Part shown: positions 46,766 through 60,289 of the stretch, one piece after another
How the letters are laid out: each line of letters begins with the position of its first letter
Position numbering within the stretch: position 1 is the stretch's first letter
Assembly: GCF_009914755.1 (NCBI RefSeq)
Contig: NC_060933.1
From: the human T2T-CHM13v2.0 reference genome, Homo sapiens
Length of the DNA stretch: 64,000 nt
Strand: one strand, 5' to 3'
Notes under the pieces: generated by a model
What the model was told of the DNA's origin: nothing
Databases searched by the model: none
What the model saw: only the letters and a program-made list of their open reading frames with translations
Made by a program: the position numbers and the translations under genes

Positions 46766-49700
46766 TTTAAAATTGGCTTGCACAGGGCAAAGAGTTGGGT
46801 CCAGGGCTTTTATAAACATTTAAAAAATTATAAATATTAACTTTCATATTTTATAAAATTGTATATTTTATACACACTAATTACTGCATGCTTAGCAAGC
46901 TTAGTTCAATCACCTGCCTATCACAGTCCCAAGTACACACAGATAGAAGCAAGGGCTCTGTGTAGTAAATTGCTTTGGCTGTCTTACCGCGGTGCTCATA
47001 AGTATGTTTTGCTTAGAAACTGCTCCACTGGCAAGGCATAACAATGAAGTTAAGCAAATGTTTTGCTGGTCTCTGAGGCCCTGTCAGGTCAGTGGACTAC
47101 TGCTTATGTTTGTAAGAATAGTCTCTTCATGTCTATTTAGAGACATGGCCTGCTACCCAATTCCCCAAGCCCAAGTGATAAAGCGTTTTGAGTCTTTGAA
47201 TTACTTAGCTTGTTGCCTCAGTTGCCTTCTGGGTGTTCTTCTGGTAACAGCCTATTTGATGGATGTGAATTTAATTTCTCAAACCCATTAGGATGATTTA
47301 GTTATGACTTGGAATCTTGGAATGCCATCAAATATGGCCTTTAAAAATTTAAGTAATTTTGTCCACAGTTGAATTAAGAAAAAAAAACAACTCACCTCAT
47401 TGTATACAAAGAAAAGAAGCTCCTTCAATATTTTTCACTATTAAGTAGATTAAAGTGGTAAGAACACAAAAGTGAAAACAAACACATTCATAGAAATGCC
47501 TTTGAAAGCCCCTTAGGATCTGTTTTCACAGAGAAAATGAATGTTAGAGTATTATATGTAGCTTTTCCCTCCATTCTGGTTTTCCTGTAAGCAGCTGCCC
47601 AAAATTTCAACATGACTACTGAGACTTAGTAGGGCTGACTTGAATTGAGATTAATTACTTCTTGGTTGGATGAGATGCCCAACGAAGGTGGGACTGGGAT
47701 CAGGGTCTGTGAGAATGAATATTAAATAACACAGTAGCATAAAGCAAGCAGCATCACGTGGAATAGCCCTTGCCTGTTACTCCTGAACAATCCAATGCAT
47801 CTGATAAATTACACTCTCAAATTCCTTTGTTAGGATGTTGTAATTACTGACTAATTAAAAAATAGTCTAGTTTGGTTGTCTTCATTAAAAATTTTGCGAA
47901 CAATTAATAAGAAATAGAAATTAAATGGTTGGTACTACTCAGATATCTCCTTTCCCAAACCAGGTACCACAGCGTTAGTCTTTTTCATATCAATTTAATT
48001 GGTTTTATTCATTTCAGGAAACTAATTTTACAACAGAAGTAAAGCTTTTAAATACAATTTCTGATACATATCAAGTATGAGAAATTTGGCTAACCAAACT
48101 TTAATGCTTTATAAACATGTAAGCAAAACCAAATGTGAGATCAATCCCATTAGGATGTAAATTTATCAACATTTCTAGACAAAATCCCACAGTTAAGAAT
48201 CACCATCTTCCCAGTAAATGCCATTTACACACAATGTGAATTTTTAGCTGAATATTCTAAAATTTCTAGTTTCTTATTTTGTATTTCTGTGCACAACACA
48301 GGATAATCAGAGTTTCTTTTATTTCTCTGTGCTTTCTTTTTTTTTTTTTTTAAAGAGGAGTTGTTTAAAAAACACCAGCAACATAAACAACAAAAACGTT
48401 TCCTGTGGCTGTGATAAAAACATTGCATTTATCTGAGCCTACTAAATATATATGCCCCTGTAGCAATGAATGCTTATTATAATTATTGAACCTCAGAGAA
48501 ATGGAAACAATTCTGCCATCCTAAATCTTTAATAAATGTTGTAGAATCTATAAAGTGATTTAAAATTACTTTCACTTTTTACTATTTGGTAACTTTCAAA
48601 GCTTCAAACGTCTTTCTCATTGCAGGCTTATTTTCCTCTTTCAATTTTTAATTATTAACACACAGGAATCTAGGTTTTAAAACCAGTGTATGTTAGCTCC
48701 CTCAAATAACTTAAGAATTAGTTTATTCAAGCTTTACTAAAAAAATGAAATTGCTGGAGAGCTGAGTTTCTGTGTGAAAAATTTCACCCAGAAAGACAGT
48801 ATTTTTGGAAAGGAGTGAAAACAGAAGCTTTGAATGGAAGTGTGTGCGTAACTATAAATGGAGGGCAAAAAGGTTGTAACTGACAGGTCCCTTCTGTGGT
48901 GCAAAAGTCACCATTACAGGAACGTTAAGCTACCTAATATGCAGTTACTCTACTTGGGTCTTGAAAAACATTTGGAATTCAGGAACTGGGATCTTGCAGC
49001 CAGAAAAGAAAATTAAAACATATGTTAAGTGAGGAAGTTTATTGACTTTTAAATATTTTATCTTCAGCCAGGAAAAGACAGAAAGATTAAAAAAAAAAGT
49101 TTTAAAACACCAACAATCTGCAGGGACAAATAAAAAAAGGAAAACATTCTAATGAAACGCTGCATCTGGTTGACATTTAAATAAAGCTGCCAGAGTATAA
49201 ACTAATTTTAAGACAACTCTAGTGACACATTTTTAAAAGAGAGTGCAGGAAAAAACTTTTGGCTGAGCAAATCTTAACACCACATGTACGGGAGCCATCA
49301 ATATTCATTACCCTATAGATTTGCCAAACACCACAAAGTGTCTGGAAACATTACAAGAGTGCCATGACTGGAGACTTGATTATGTGCTTTCGTATATTGA
49401 ACTGTATACCGAGGTCAGATCTAGTTCTTTTGGAAAAGATAAGCCAAATCTACTGACTTCATGACTCTTAAGTGGATGAAAGTTGAGTGTGCAGATGTCT
49501 GCATGAATTGTGCAAACTAGGGTGAAGAAAAACTGTAGAAAACAAAACAACAATCAAAACTCTGTTCTTTGAGATCCTGGGAGGTTGCCTGTTAACATGA
49601 ATGTGATGGAGTTGAAGAGGTCTTAGGCTGGGCTCAAGAGGTGTTTTTACTCCTGGGCAAAGTGTAAGGCTCTAAGTGGAGAGGAATACAACAGGTGTGT

Positions 49701-50068
49701 AGTTCTAAAGCCAGGGCTGAGATAAAGTCTCTGCTAAAAGAACGAATTCTAGATCCTTAACAGCGTTAACAATCCTAAACCCTTTGAGGGAGTAATTATT
49801 GTGAGTTATGGAGGAAATTTCCCAAATTGGTTAGAAAAACTGCATAGAGTTCAGATTCTAGACTCTAGAATTTAGGGTTATGACTCACCCCTGCTACTTA
49901 TATCTTTGTCCCTAGTCTACTGGCATCAAGCTGGGCTCTCAATGAGAATCTTGCCCAGATGATTTATCACGAGTTTGTGAGTTCTAGAAAGTATCAGATC
50001 TGAGGTCCCAAAAATTCCATTCAATTGGTATAATTAAATCTTACCAACTCAATAAATGGGGCTGCAGG

Positions 50069-50380
50069 TTTTTTGCTTTTGTTTTTGTTTTTTTTGAGAC
50101 AGGAGTCTTGCTCTGTCACTCAGGTTGGAGTGCAGCAGTGGTATGATCATGGCTCACTGCAGACTCAACCTCTTGGGCTCAAGTGATCCTCCCACCTCAG
50201 CCTCCCGAGTAGATGGGGTTACAGGTGTGCACCACCATGCCTAGCTAACTTTTGATTTTTTGTAGCAATGAGGTTTTGCCATGTTGCCCAGGCTGGTCTC
50301 GAACTGCTGGGCTTAAACCGTCTGCCCACCTCAGCCTCCCAAAGTGCTGGGATTACAGGCATTAGCCCCCGCTTCTGGCC
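50069..50380 (-). mobile_element. Alu (AluJ)
   Basis: TSD gctgcaggttt. Confidence 0.93.
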
Positions 50381-51949
50381 AGCTGCAGGTTTTAATAGAC
50401 AGAAATGTAGTGGACGTTCTGAAGAATTTTTCTGAGCAGGGATGGGCAGAAACATGGGTCCATTATAACTGTCGAATCTGGTTAACAGATATATAGATAT
50501 TACATACCCATATGGATATATAGGTATGGAGGTTACTCTACTGGGTTATAGTAATGGATATTATATTACTGGTCTACTTTTGTATATTGTTAAAATTTCC
50601 GTAATTAAAAGTATAAGTAATATAAAAGAAAACAACCCAGCTTATAGTTCCAGCTGGAAACCAGCCTTAGCTGAGTGAGGTAAGAGTTGAAGCTGGACTC
50701 ATCCTTTCTTGCACAATAACAGGGTTTCCTCTGAAGAGAAATGAAAAGCATTGAATCAACGTGCTTATTTAGAAAGCGTTTATTACCTTGCTGCATCCCT
50801 CTTCCTCTTCAAAGTGAGAATGACATTTCCTTTCCAGTGCTTCCACAGGGAAATAGAAATCTGTGTAAAAATTCCAGAGCTTTGTTCCTCACTGGCCACA
50901 AGGGAGGTTAGGCACTGGATTTCTTATATGGCTGATGAAGGGAACATAATGGCAGCTTCATTTTAGAAAAGGGTATTGCTTGAACAATAATTAATAAACC
51001 AGCACCCATATTTCCCTTTGTGGCCTTTCCCAGACTTGTCTTATTTGATCTTACCAACTTGTTACTCAGGGAGTGAGGTTCCTGATTAGAAAGCAAACTA
51101 AGTAAGAAAAGAAGTCTCATTCATACCTTATGCTTTAAATGCTTTCTTATTTTCAAAGAATTCCAATTGCTTTTTTTTTCATTTGGAAATCAGGAAGCCA
51201 TTGACATAGGCAAGAAAAAATATTTATTATGTTCATTTTACAAATGAGGAGACTGAGGTTTAGAGAGGTTAAAGGAATTTTCCAAAACTTCACAAGTGCT
51301 CCAGGAATGATTTGGTGTCTTTTATGTTTTCAGAGCCCAGGCTTCCTGTGTTCTATGCAGTGTATAGATTTGTCTTTGGGTTATTTCCTATACCAAACTT
51401 TAGTCTTTCTCACTGGGTACAAAGGGAAATTCTAAAATTCTGTTCCCCATGGAAAAATGTCCTTTGCTCCTCGGGGCAGATTCTGCAGGGAGAGACTTGC
51501 AAATATGAAGGAGGAGTGGAAGGTGTGATCGGAGAAAATACCAAGGACTGAAGTGTGAAGGGGTATGGGATGGATTGGAGGCAGTTCTGAGATGAGAGCC
51601 TGCTGAATTCGTGTTCCGGGAGATCAAGTTGGCTTCTTCTGGAAAAAACCTGTAAGCTTGGGAAAGCTGGGATTGGCTTCCATCACAAGCAGCTGGGATC
51701 TAAGTTCATTTTCATCAGGGCCACTCCAGCTCAGTTCTGCTGGGAACCGTACCGGGATGGGTGTGGGACGGCCTCGAATTCAGATCCGGGTGCTGTTTTT
51801 TCTAGGCAGTCTCTCGGAGCCTGCTTCCTTGACTACAAAATGAAGAGTTGTGAAGAGTCAATAATGTCAAGTTGGAAGGGTCTGACACGGAATCTGACCA
51901 AGGCTGGACCCTCAATAATTGTGATTTCTTTTCCCCCTTTTCCTTCTTG

Positions 51950-52750
51950 GTAAAATCATCCCACGAATCTACGCAAGTAGGGCCCTTCGTCATTCTTCGG
52001 AGTAGCCGCTTGAGGGCTGGAAGGAGCAGTGATAGAAACCCCGGAGACGCAGAGACCCTCCGAACTTCGAACTCGATCACTGTCCTCCCCCGACCGCCGA
52101 ACCCGCTGGAGAAGCGGGCGCGACAGGGCGATGAGTTAACGCGGAGGGAGCGCGGAGGCCGCGGAAGCCGGGGGCGCTGGGTCTCAGGCCCGGATGCTGA
52201 GCGCGGACCGGCGTGTCCTCCCCACAGCGCCCCCGCGCGGCCTCCTCCCGCTGCGCCCCGCACGGCGACCCGCCGCGGGTAGCCCTGGCGTTTGGCCACG
52301 CCGTCGGCTGAGGACCGCTAGAGCTGGGGGGAGATCAAAGCATTCCTATGGGGCCCAAAGAGCCTGGGATTGCAGTGTTGTTAGCCTGGCCTCGCCGCGT
52401 CAATAAATTTTCGGCGAAAGTTGGGAGCAGGAGTGGAGGCTTGGGGCGGGGGTTGGTGGGGCGCGGGGGTTGGCCGGAGGGAGGGTCCGGGGGTTTCTTG
52501 CACCTGCGCTCCTGCCGCGTTAAGTCAGTGGGAAGCAAGTGACATTTCCCTTTCACCCGCCCCCTTGGAACTTGCTCATCTCCCTCCTTTAGAACACCGC
52601 CTGCTCTCCGGGGTCAGCATTATCAAAGAGAAGATTTCCTCCAGGCCCTTAAAATTTATGTGGCGCCTTGTTACAAGGAGCGCGCTGGAAGCTGGCTTTG
52701 GTATCTCCTTGTCCCCTCTTTCTCCTGCCCCGCCCCCACATCCCCGTGGA
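51950..52750. promoter_or_regulatory. CpG island ~8 kb upstream of DMRT2
   Basis: Very high GC and CpG density in non-repeat sequence, with GC boxes. Confidence 0.85.
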
Positions 52751-54825
52751 GAAACCCCCGAGCAGGCCTTTTGCATTTTCTCACCCCACTTAGAACTACA
52801 AAAAATATATGGGAAGGTGATTTGGTTTCACTTCAACCTCTTCATTTTGCAGAAGCCTAAAGTGGTGATGGTGAGAAAAGTGGCCCAAGGTCAAGGGTTA
52901 CTTCAGTTGGCAAAACCAGGAGTAGAACAGGAGAATCCCTAGAGTCTTACTATATATTTTTTGCTACTTATTTCATGGACAAAAATAATCATTCTCTTAG
53001 GCAGGTCAAGTACTCTTTAAAGGTGTCTGTGCTTTTGCCAGTTGGCTGCAAAACATAGCATCACACTTGTCACCTGGACATCATGGGGAGTCGCTGGCTA
53101 TCCAACGACAGAGCCGAGTACAGTCTGATCCCTCCTCTGAGACACTCCTTTCTCACTCCCACTCCATCCTGAAAAACACTATGGAGCATGTGTTCTGGGC
53201 AAGTCTTCTCCCAGGCGTGGGTAAAATTTGAGCACAGGGATTCTTCTGGCATAATTGGGGGGAATCCCTCCTCCAGCAAGAACACTTTTCAGAGGGACCT
53301 CCTGGGGCTAACAGGAAAGGCAATATTTCAGCCCTCCACAGAGCTGAAACTCAGACCTCAGAGTCAGCTTCGCACAGGACAGGGCTAAGGAAGCCTGGTA
53401 ATTTTTGGCTTAAAGTCCAGTCAGAATGAACCTGACCTAGAAGCCACAGGATCATGGAACCTTTGTGACTTGTGGCAACCTTCTTTGTCACTTGGATGAA
53501 TCCTATTGGATCTGGGCTCTAGGAAACTGAATCTTTTGTGAAACTACTCCATGTCCCATCATTTCCGTAGTTGATAGATTCCACCCACCCCCTACATTTT
53601 TAACTAGGTAAGATTAATAGCAGTAGCATAGAGGAGCAAAAATATCACCAAAATGTCAAAACCAATGCCAAAACTTGTTTCTAATTCCCCACACGCCACC
53701 TTCTTTTCCTTCTCCTCTCCTCCTCCTGTCCAGCTTGGACTTTCTTCATACCCTTGATCTTGCTACCTGAGCAAGCAGTCCATCAGATGGGAGTTAAGAT
53801 TTGTTACAGTCTTTAACGTTTGAGGCAGAACCTAGAAATCAATGTACTTCCCTCCTTCACTTTACAGTCAAGGAAGCCCAGGCCCAGGAAGGTGGAAAGA
53901 TTTGCTGAGGGGTTCATGCACATGGAAGAAGTTAACTTTTCATCACAGCACCTGCCTTGCCAACACTTGGCAATCCCCCCCCCGCCCCGCCCCGCCTTGA
54001 TTCCTCTCTACCTGGTTGTTAGACTGCTGGGAAAATATGGAGAGTGATTTCAGTGTGGATAAAGCCTGCCCCCTTGAAATGTAAAACCCCAAAATAGAAT
54101 GGGAATAGGGAGTGGAAAGTTCTCAGAGTTAAGGGTTTACTGTTCCAGTTAGTCGTGAGGACCCCTAGGGGCTGCAAGAAGGCTCTCGGGGGTGAAGAGC
54201 TGTGTGTCTCCTGATGTGGCAACCAGCCACATGCCCTCCCAGGACTGCCTTCCATAGCAAGGCCACAGCCCCGGGGGTGGAACCCAGGCCCCAGTACAGC
54301 CCACGGTATCTGCCTCCCCTGAGGACCATTTGGAATGGGTACTGAGAAGTCAAGAAAGTCTGCAGTTGCCTCATCTCCTGGCTGCTACCAGCCCCCCAAG
54401 GGAATTGAGCCACGTTTCCCAGCATGGAGGATGGAAGCTGCCGGGGGTTGGGACAGGCGGGCTGGCAGATCCTCCAGATAGATATGCTAGGAAGGGACGA
54501 TTACTTCATAGTCGGCGTCTGACTCCGTATCCCGCTGCAAAGAGCACATTTAAAAAGACGGTATGAGGCAGGGAGCTGGAGGTGCTCTTTGACCCCGCAC
54601 AGCCACTGTTTTAGCTGTGTGTCTCCCAGCAACTCCCATGAGCTTCTCCGAGCTTCAGTTTTTCCTTTCCTTTGTAAATCGAGGGAGTGGACTCAGCGCC
54701 TCTTGTTCGGCCTTGTGTGTCTATGATTTAAATCCTGCTTCCCACGGAGGAGAGATGAGAGTCTAGATCGCACCGTCCTTTTTGTTCAGTTTTTTCGACG
54801 AGCGGAGCAGGGAAAGGGAGGATTC

Positions 54826-55136
54826 TTTTTTTTTTTTTTTTTTTGGTTTTTTTTTTGAGACGGAGTCTCGCTCTGTCGCCCAGGCTGGAGGGCGGTGGCG
54901 CCATCTCGGCTCCCTGCAAGCTCCGCCTCCCGGGTTCACGCCATTCTCCTGCCTCAGCCTCCCGAGTAGCTGGGACTACAGGCACCTGCCACCACGCCCG
55001 GCTAATTTTTGTATTTTTAGTAGAGACGGGGCTTCACCGTGTTAGCCAGGATGGTCTCGATCTCCTGACCTCGTGATCCGCCCGCCTCGGCCTCCCGAAG
55101 TGCTGGGATGACAGGCGTGAGCCACCGCGCGCGGCC
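54826..55136 (-). mobile_element. AluY
   Basis: AluY diagnostics (ctgcaagctccgcc, ttcacgccattc, cgtgttagccaggatggtctcgatc). 15-bp TSD ggaaagggaggattc at 54811-54825 and 55137-55151. Confidence 0.95.
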
Positions 55137-55139
55137 GGA

Positions 55140-56100
55140 AAGGGAGGATTCGAACAGCCTGGCGGAGAGAATTGTCTCCCGCAGTCTCCACTCCCCACCC
55201 CCATGGCTTGCGACGGGTCGCGTATTTGATTACGCAAAGTAAGTTGGGAAATCCTATGTCCGCAATCCCATCTGGGATTATTTATTTCGCCGCGTCCGCA
55301 GCCGGTGGAAGTCGTGAGACGGTGCAACGCTGAGCGGCTTTCCGCAGAAGGAGGTGCCTTCGAGGCCGGCTCTGGAGGAGCCACAGCCAAGCCGGCCACA
55401 GCAAAGCACTTCTCTCGGGATGCTCAGACGTTTTCAAATGCCGGTCGCCACCCTGGGCGCTGGCGGCAGGTTGACTTAGCCACAGGCGACTTAGGCTGCA
55501 GGTGGAAGGCGAGGATTCCCGCCGGCCCCCAGCCTCCTCTGCAGGCCTCCGAAGCTGGAGAGTTGGGTGGAATAGGGAGGAAATCGGGCTTCGGATGCCC
55601 CCCAGCCTCGGGCGCTCTGCAGGCTAGCTCACGGAGTTGAAACAACCACAAAAATGATACAAATTACGCGCAAGCACTGAATGCTCAGTGTGGGCGGGTC
55701 ACCGTGCCGGGGCGTCCACGCGCGTCGCCTCCTCTTAGGTGGCCTCCATTCTGCAGTTGGGGAAAGCGAGGCGCAGAGGAGGGTTAAGGGACCTCCTCAC
55801 TGTCCCGGCCAGGGAGGGGCGGATCCGCACTCCAACCCGCCTCTGTCAGGCTGGGCCTCTAAGCCGGGCCGTCCGCGCAGAGTCCGGGCGGAGCTGGGGG
55901 GTGTGGGGGGAATGCTCGGGGCAGGATCCGCTCCCGCGATTAGCTCTGGGAGCGAAGTGGGAAGGGGCAGGGCGGGGCTGCAGAAGTCGGGACCCTCGAA
56001 TGGGATCCGAGCCCGTGTGGCTACGCGAGGGGGAAGCCACCTGGGCTGCGTGGCTCCGGGGCGAACTGGGTGGGATGGGATTCGTAAAAAGAACTGGGTG
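55140..56100. promoter_or_regulatory. CpG island ~4-5 kb upstream of DMRT2
   Basis: High CpG/GC with GC boxes (ggggcgg). Confidence 0.8.
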
Positions 56101-58310
56101 GGTGAGAGGGAGCCAGTTTGAAACTCACTTTCCTCCTTTATTTATTTTATTTTTAAATTTGTGGCAGGGTGTTTGAAGAAAACAAGAAAACCACCCTCAT
56201 CCAGGAAACAACAACAACAAAGAGTTTTCTCTCTCTCTCTCTCTCAGTCTCCAGGGTCTCACTCCTGTCGCCTAAGGCTAGAGTGTAGTGCCGCGATCTC
56301 GGCGCACCTGCGGCCTCGACTTCTCAGGCTCAAGCGATCCTCCCACCTCAGCCTCCTGAATAGCTGGGACTACAGGCGCATTCCACCACGCCCGGCTATT
56401 TTTTTTGTATTTTTAGTAGAGACGGGGCTTCGTCCTGTTGTCGAGGTTGGTCTCGAACTCCTGGCCTTAAGCAATCCACCCTCCTCGGCCTCCCAAAGTG
56501 CTGGGCCTCCTTCTTTTCTTGTTGAGGTTCCCATACGTGACTCGCCCAAAGAGAGATTCTCACCGGGTGGGTCTGAGCAGCGCCAGAAAGGGAAGGGATA
56601 CAGGGTGAGAGAGATTTGGGGTAAAGGGAGAGGGAGGCAGAGGGGGAAGGGGGCCCCAGGCCGGTCAGTTCCAAGAGGCGAGCCCCGCCGGCCGAGCTCC
56701 ACGGGCTGAGTCAACAGCGGCCCAGTTGCTTTGTAATTTACAAGAGGGACTCCGAATGGTACTTTGTAATTTGGTGTCGGTTTACAAGGCAAAGGACTTC
56801 TGTTTCCTCACCTCACCAGGTCCTCAGTCACGGCCTGACCCCTTTTAAGAGAGGGACCTCAAGAGGGGAGCTGAATTCCTTGAGCCCTCGCCTTTCAATC
56901 AAGTTTTCAAGGCACGCTTTGGCCGGGCCCTCCCGGACTGGCTGTGCTGCTACCTCCAGAGGAAATCAACGTCTGTACCGAACTCCTAACCTGTGAAGAC
57001 CTGCTGTCCTCATAATTGCGGAGTGGGGCCAAGGAAGGCTACTCTTTCCCCTTTGCAGATGAGGCAACTGAGGCAACTGAGCCGCAGAAAACTAACTGAC
57101 CAAGATCACCCAGCCAGTGGAACAAACAGCTCGAGCCCAGGCTCTCTGGCTCCTATTCCCTCTGAATATTTAATTTACTAAACTGTTTGAGCAGCCGTAG
57201 ATTCCCTTCACAATCCGGTAAAATCTATAATTACTCCTCCCCTTCCCCAAAATGTACTTATTTTCCCATTCAATATCGGAGCTTCTCGGACTTCCTGAAG
57301 TTAGTCCCAGGATAAAGATCCTCTTTCTCCTCCCCCTTGCCCCGCCCCACGACCTCGCTTCCCAGTAATTGCTGGGATCCCGATTCTCTGGAGGCATTCC
57401 GGGCGGATTGATTGAGTGTAATTCAACTGAGTTATGATTACAGCTGCTGGTTCCCCTGTGCCGCAGACGGGTGTGTAGGGAGGGTGGGGCACGTGGAGAT
57501 GGGCAAGATGTCTGGAGAGAGCAGTGGGGCTGTTGTGCACGTTTTTGCTAGAGGTGAGGGTTGAGAGCTAGGGAGGAAACAATTCCGAGCCCACCCCGCT
57601 GGGACCCACGGGCTGAGGTCCTCCAGGAAGCACTGGGGCTCAGCTTTCCCTATGTCAGTACGGATGGAGGACACACAGGAGGAAGGCTGGTGGCTCTGCC
57701 GGAACATTCTGAGGGCCTTGTTCTCTGCCTACGCTGGGACCTGCAGTCCCATCTCCCATTTGGCCTCAGCCAGCGTGGTTTATTGTACCCAAATCCCGCT
57801 TGTTTCCTCCTTATGCAGCAGTTTTAAAATTTCGAACTAGTTCAAGAGCTGCTCGGCTGCTCGTTTACTTTCAGTTTTGGGAACAGAGGCTTACACCCCT
57901 TTCTCCTCCTGTTTCTCCTCCAGTCCCTCTTCCCCTCAATCTAGTTTCCCAAAGTTAGCAAACCTACTTTCTTGATTTTGTTTCTTAACATTTAAAACAA
58001 CTGGTGAAGGGCTAATGATTTCATCTCCTTACCACCACCCCTAACCTTAAAAGCAATAAATAAAATAAAAGCCCAGCCTGCCAACCGCATGCACACACGG
58101 CCAGCGGTGGTGGGGGTTTGTAGTTTGCATACACGTCGCGGGGCAGAAGCCTGTTTGCAAAGGCTGAAATGTAGCTAGCAGGGGAAGACGCTGAAAAAAC
58201 AGAGTGATTTGATAAAAACGTGCTGGGCCCTGTTACAGGAGGGCTGCTGGGAGTAGTCCCAGGTACTCACATCAGAAGGGGTGCAGGGGAATAAAATTTA
58301 AAAAAGCAAA
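55290..58310 (+). ncRNA. LINC01230: Probable lncRNA upstream of DMRT2 (linc-DMRT2); exon structure not resolvable here
   Basis: Rests mainly on recalled locus annotation. The sequence is only compatible: CpG-island start, AATAAA at ~58055 and 58290-58295. Boundaries are approximate. Confidence 0.35.
56226..56505 (-). mobile_element. Alu (AluJ), CpG-rich, (CT)n tail, 5' end missing
   Basis: AluJ-type ctcaagcgatcctcccacctcagcc. Confidence 0.88.
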
Positions 58311-60014
58311 CCCATGGCGAGTCTTTCTTGCTGGGAGTGAGGGGCTCTGCAAAATTTCTGGGACTTCAGAACAGAGGTCGACAAGGTCCATTGCTCTTCC
58401 CGAGACTACTGGGTGATCCAGGGCTCCTCTCTGAACCTCAGTTTCGTCGTTGGAAAAACGGGGATAGGAACATATTTCTGTTGCTGTCAAGAATTTAAAC
58501 GCTCCAGTGCAGGTGAAGGAAATGTGCTTTGATGACTGGGTATAAAAAATGTGCAAAAAGAACCTGGCGTTACAAGGTGGTGTCAAGGGAGAGGAAGTAA
58601 AAGTCTGTATGACCTCCCTGTCGCTTGTCGGAGCGCGCACCGCTCCCAAGTCACCCTCTGAGTCGCCAGAGCTACCGAAAAGCCGATGGGAATAAGCAGG
58701 ACTGTTTCTCTACTTCCTTCATTGGGCTTCGCAAGAGGCTCTGGGAAGAAGCACCCGTACAAATGGGAATCCCAGTGCCTGGTCACCGGGGAGGAACTTT
58801 ACAACATCACTGAAGGTTTGAGAATAGTGCTTCTGGCTGGTCGCGGTAGTTCCTAAGCTGCCTTTGTTCCCACTTCTCTGATCCAGGTTAACTTTTAACA
58901 TTCTGACAAACTCGGACAAAAGTAACGTTGGGATTACGTCAGGAATTCCCACCCTTCAACAAATATTTGTTGCGGGCCTACTATGTACTCAGTGCAATGA
59001 TACCCAATTTTGTAGTCTCCTAAACAGATCCTACTCGAGAGGTCTTGATTATTTACAGATGCAGTTAGAAAAGCGCCCATATTATTTTTAATTGAGTTCA
59101 AGAAATAGAATGCAGCGTTGAATTAGAAGACTAATTCCTTCTTTTAATATGTTGAAAATTTTTTATCGTTAAACATTTTGTAAAGGATTTTTTGAGGGAG
59201 TCGTTAGAAAGTCTATAAATACAACTACGCACACTAAAAAGTAGTCATCTTTTTAAAAATAACTTTGTTTAAATGCATGCTTAGTGTGAATGGATTTACC
59301 TAATTCTCTTAATAGCATGCATTTCTGATCTTCCCTACATTAACTGTAATAGCAACTGATATAACAGAAAAATGTAAGTGACTTGTAGTCGACTTGGCCA
59401 CCTGCCACACGGGCTCGGTGAAGGTTAATGAGGAGCTATTTGGCACTTCGAGAATAGGTGGCACTAGACACAGAAATATCAACAGGCTATTTGTATGCTA
59501 ACTAGGAGTTTCGGTGCCAGGTAACCATTGATGTACTCTTGCAGGAGAAAGAAGGATGTCGCTGTACGCCCCGAAAGAGAGGCATCATTTTTACGCCCAG
59601 TTTGGATTAATGATTGATTGAGTCGCAGAAATGCTTGTGATGCTGATAGAGGCCAATACTGGTCTTTCTGATCTCTTCCTCGTCGTTTATTACCTTCTCT
59701 TGTGGACAACGCATTCCTAAGAATGTATCTCTGCTTGTTTCCCAGTCCGCGAGATAAATGGTGACTTCTCTCTTGCAGGCACCGTCATACCTCGGGTTTA
59801 GATTCTGGACAGGCGAGCCGGCTGCACCGAAGGCCCGGTAGGCGGACTCTGGCGGAGCGCTTCAGAGAGAAGAGTGTAGACCGCGGGAGGCGGAGGGCTC
59901 CCTGCCAGCGTGCCTCGGCCAATCAGTATTCACACCGCCTGACAACCGGCCAATCAGAGGACGTAAAGCTCCGGGGCCTGAGCGGACAGTACTAGGAAGG
60001 GGAGCGCAGTCTGG

Positions 60015-60151
60015 AGACTGAAGCCAGTGGCGCTGCGCTGAATGCAACTGCGCGCGCCCGCCGGGTGAGCCAGCGATCTGAGCCAGGCGGGGGCGGCCCG
60101 ACCTTTCCCGCCCAGCCTGGGTCAGAGGAAGCCGAAAGCGGCCTCAGCAAG
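60015..60151 (+). other. DMRT2: DMRT2 non-coding first exon 1a (start approximate)
   Basis: Follows the CCAAT pair and ends at donor CAAG|GTGAGG (60151/60152). Confidence 0.6.
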
Positions 60152-60289
60152 GTGAGGCGCCCGAGGCTGCAGAAGACCGAGCAGAACTTTGCAGAGTTCG
60201 GGATGTGCTGGGCTAGGTCGCTGAGGACTTGACTGGCTTCCTCCCTCCTTCCCTCCACCTACCTTCTCCCTCCCCCTCCACCATCCAGT

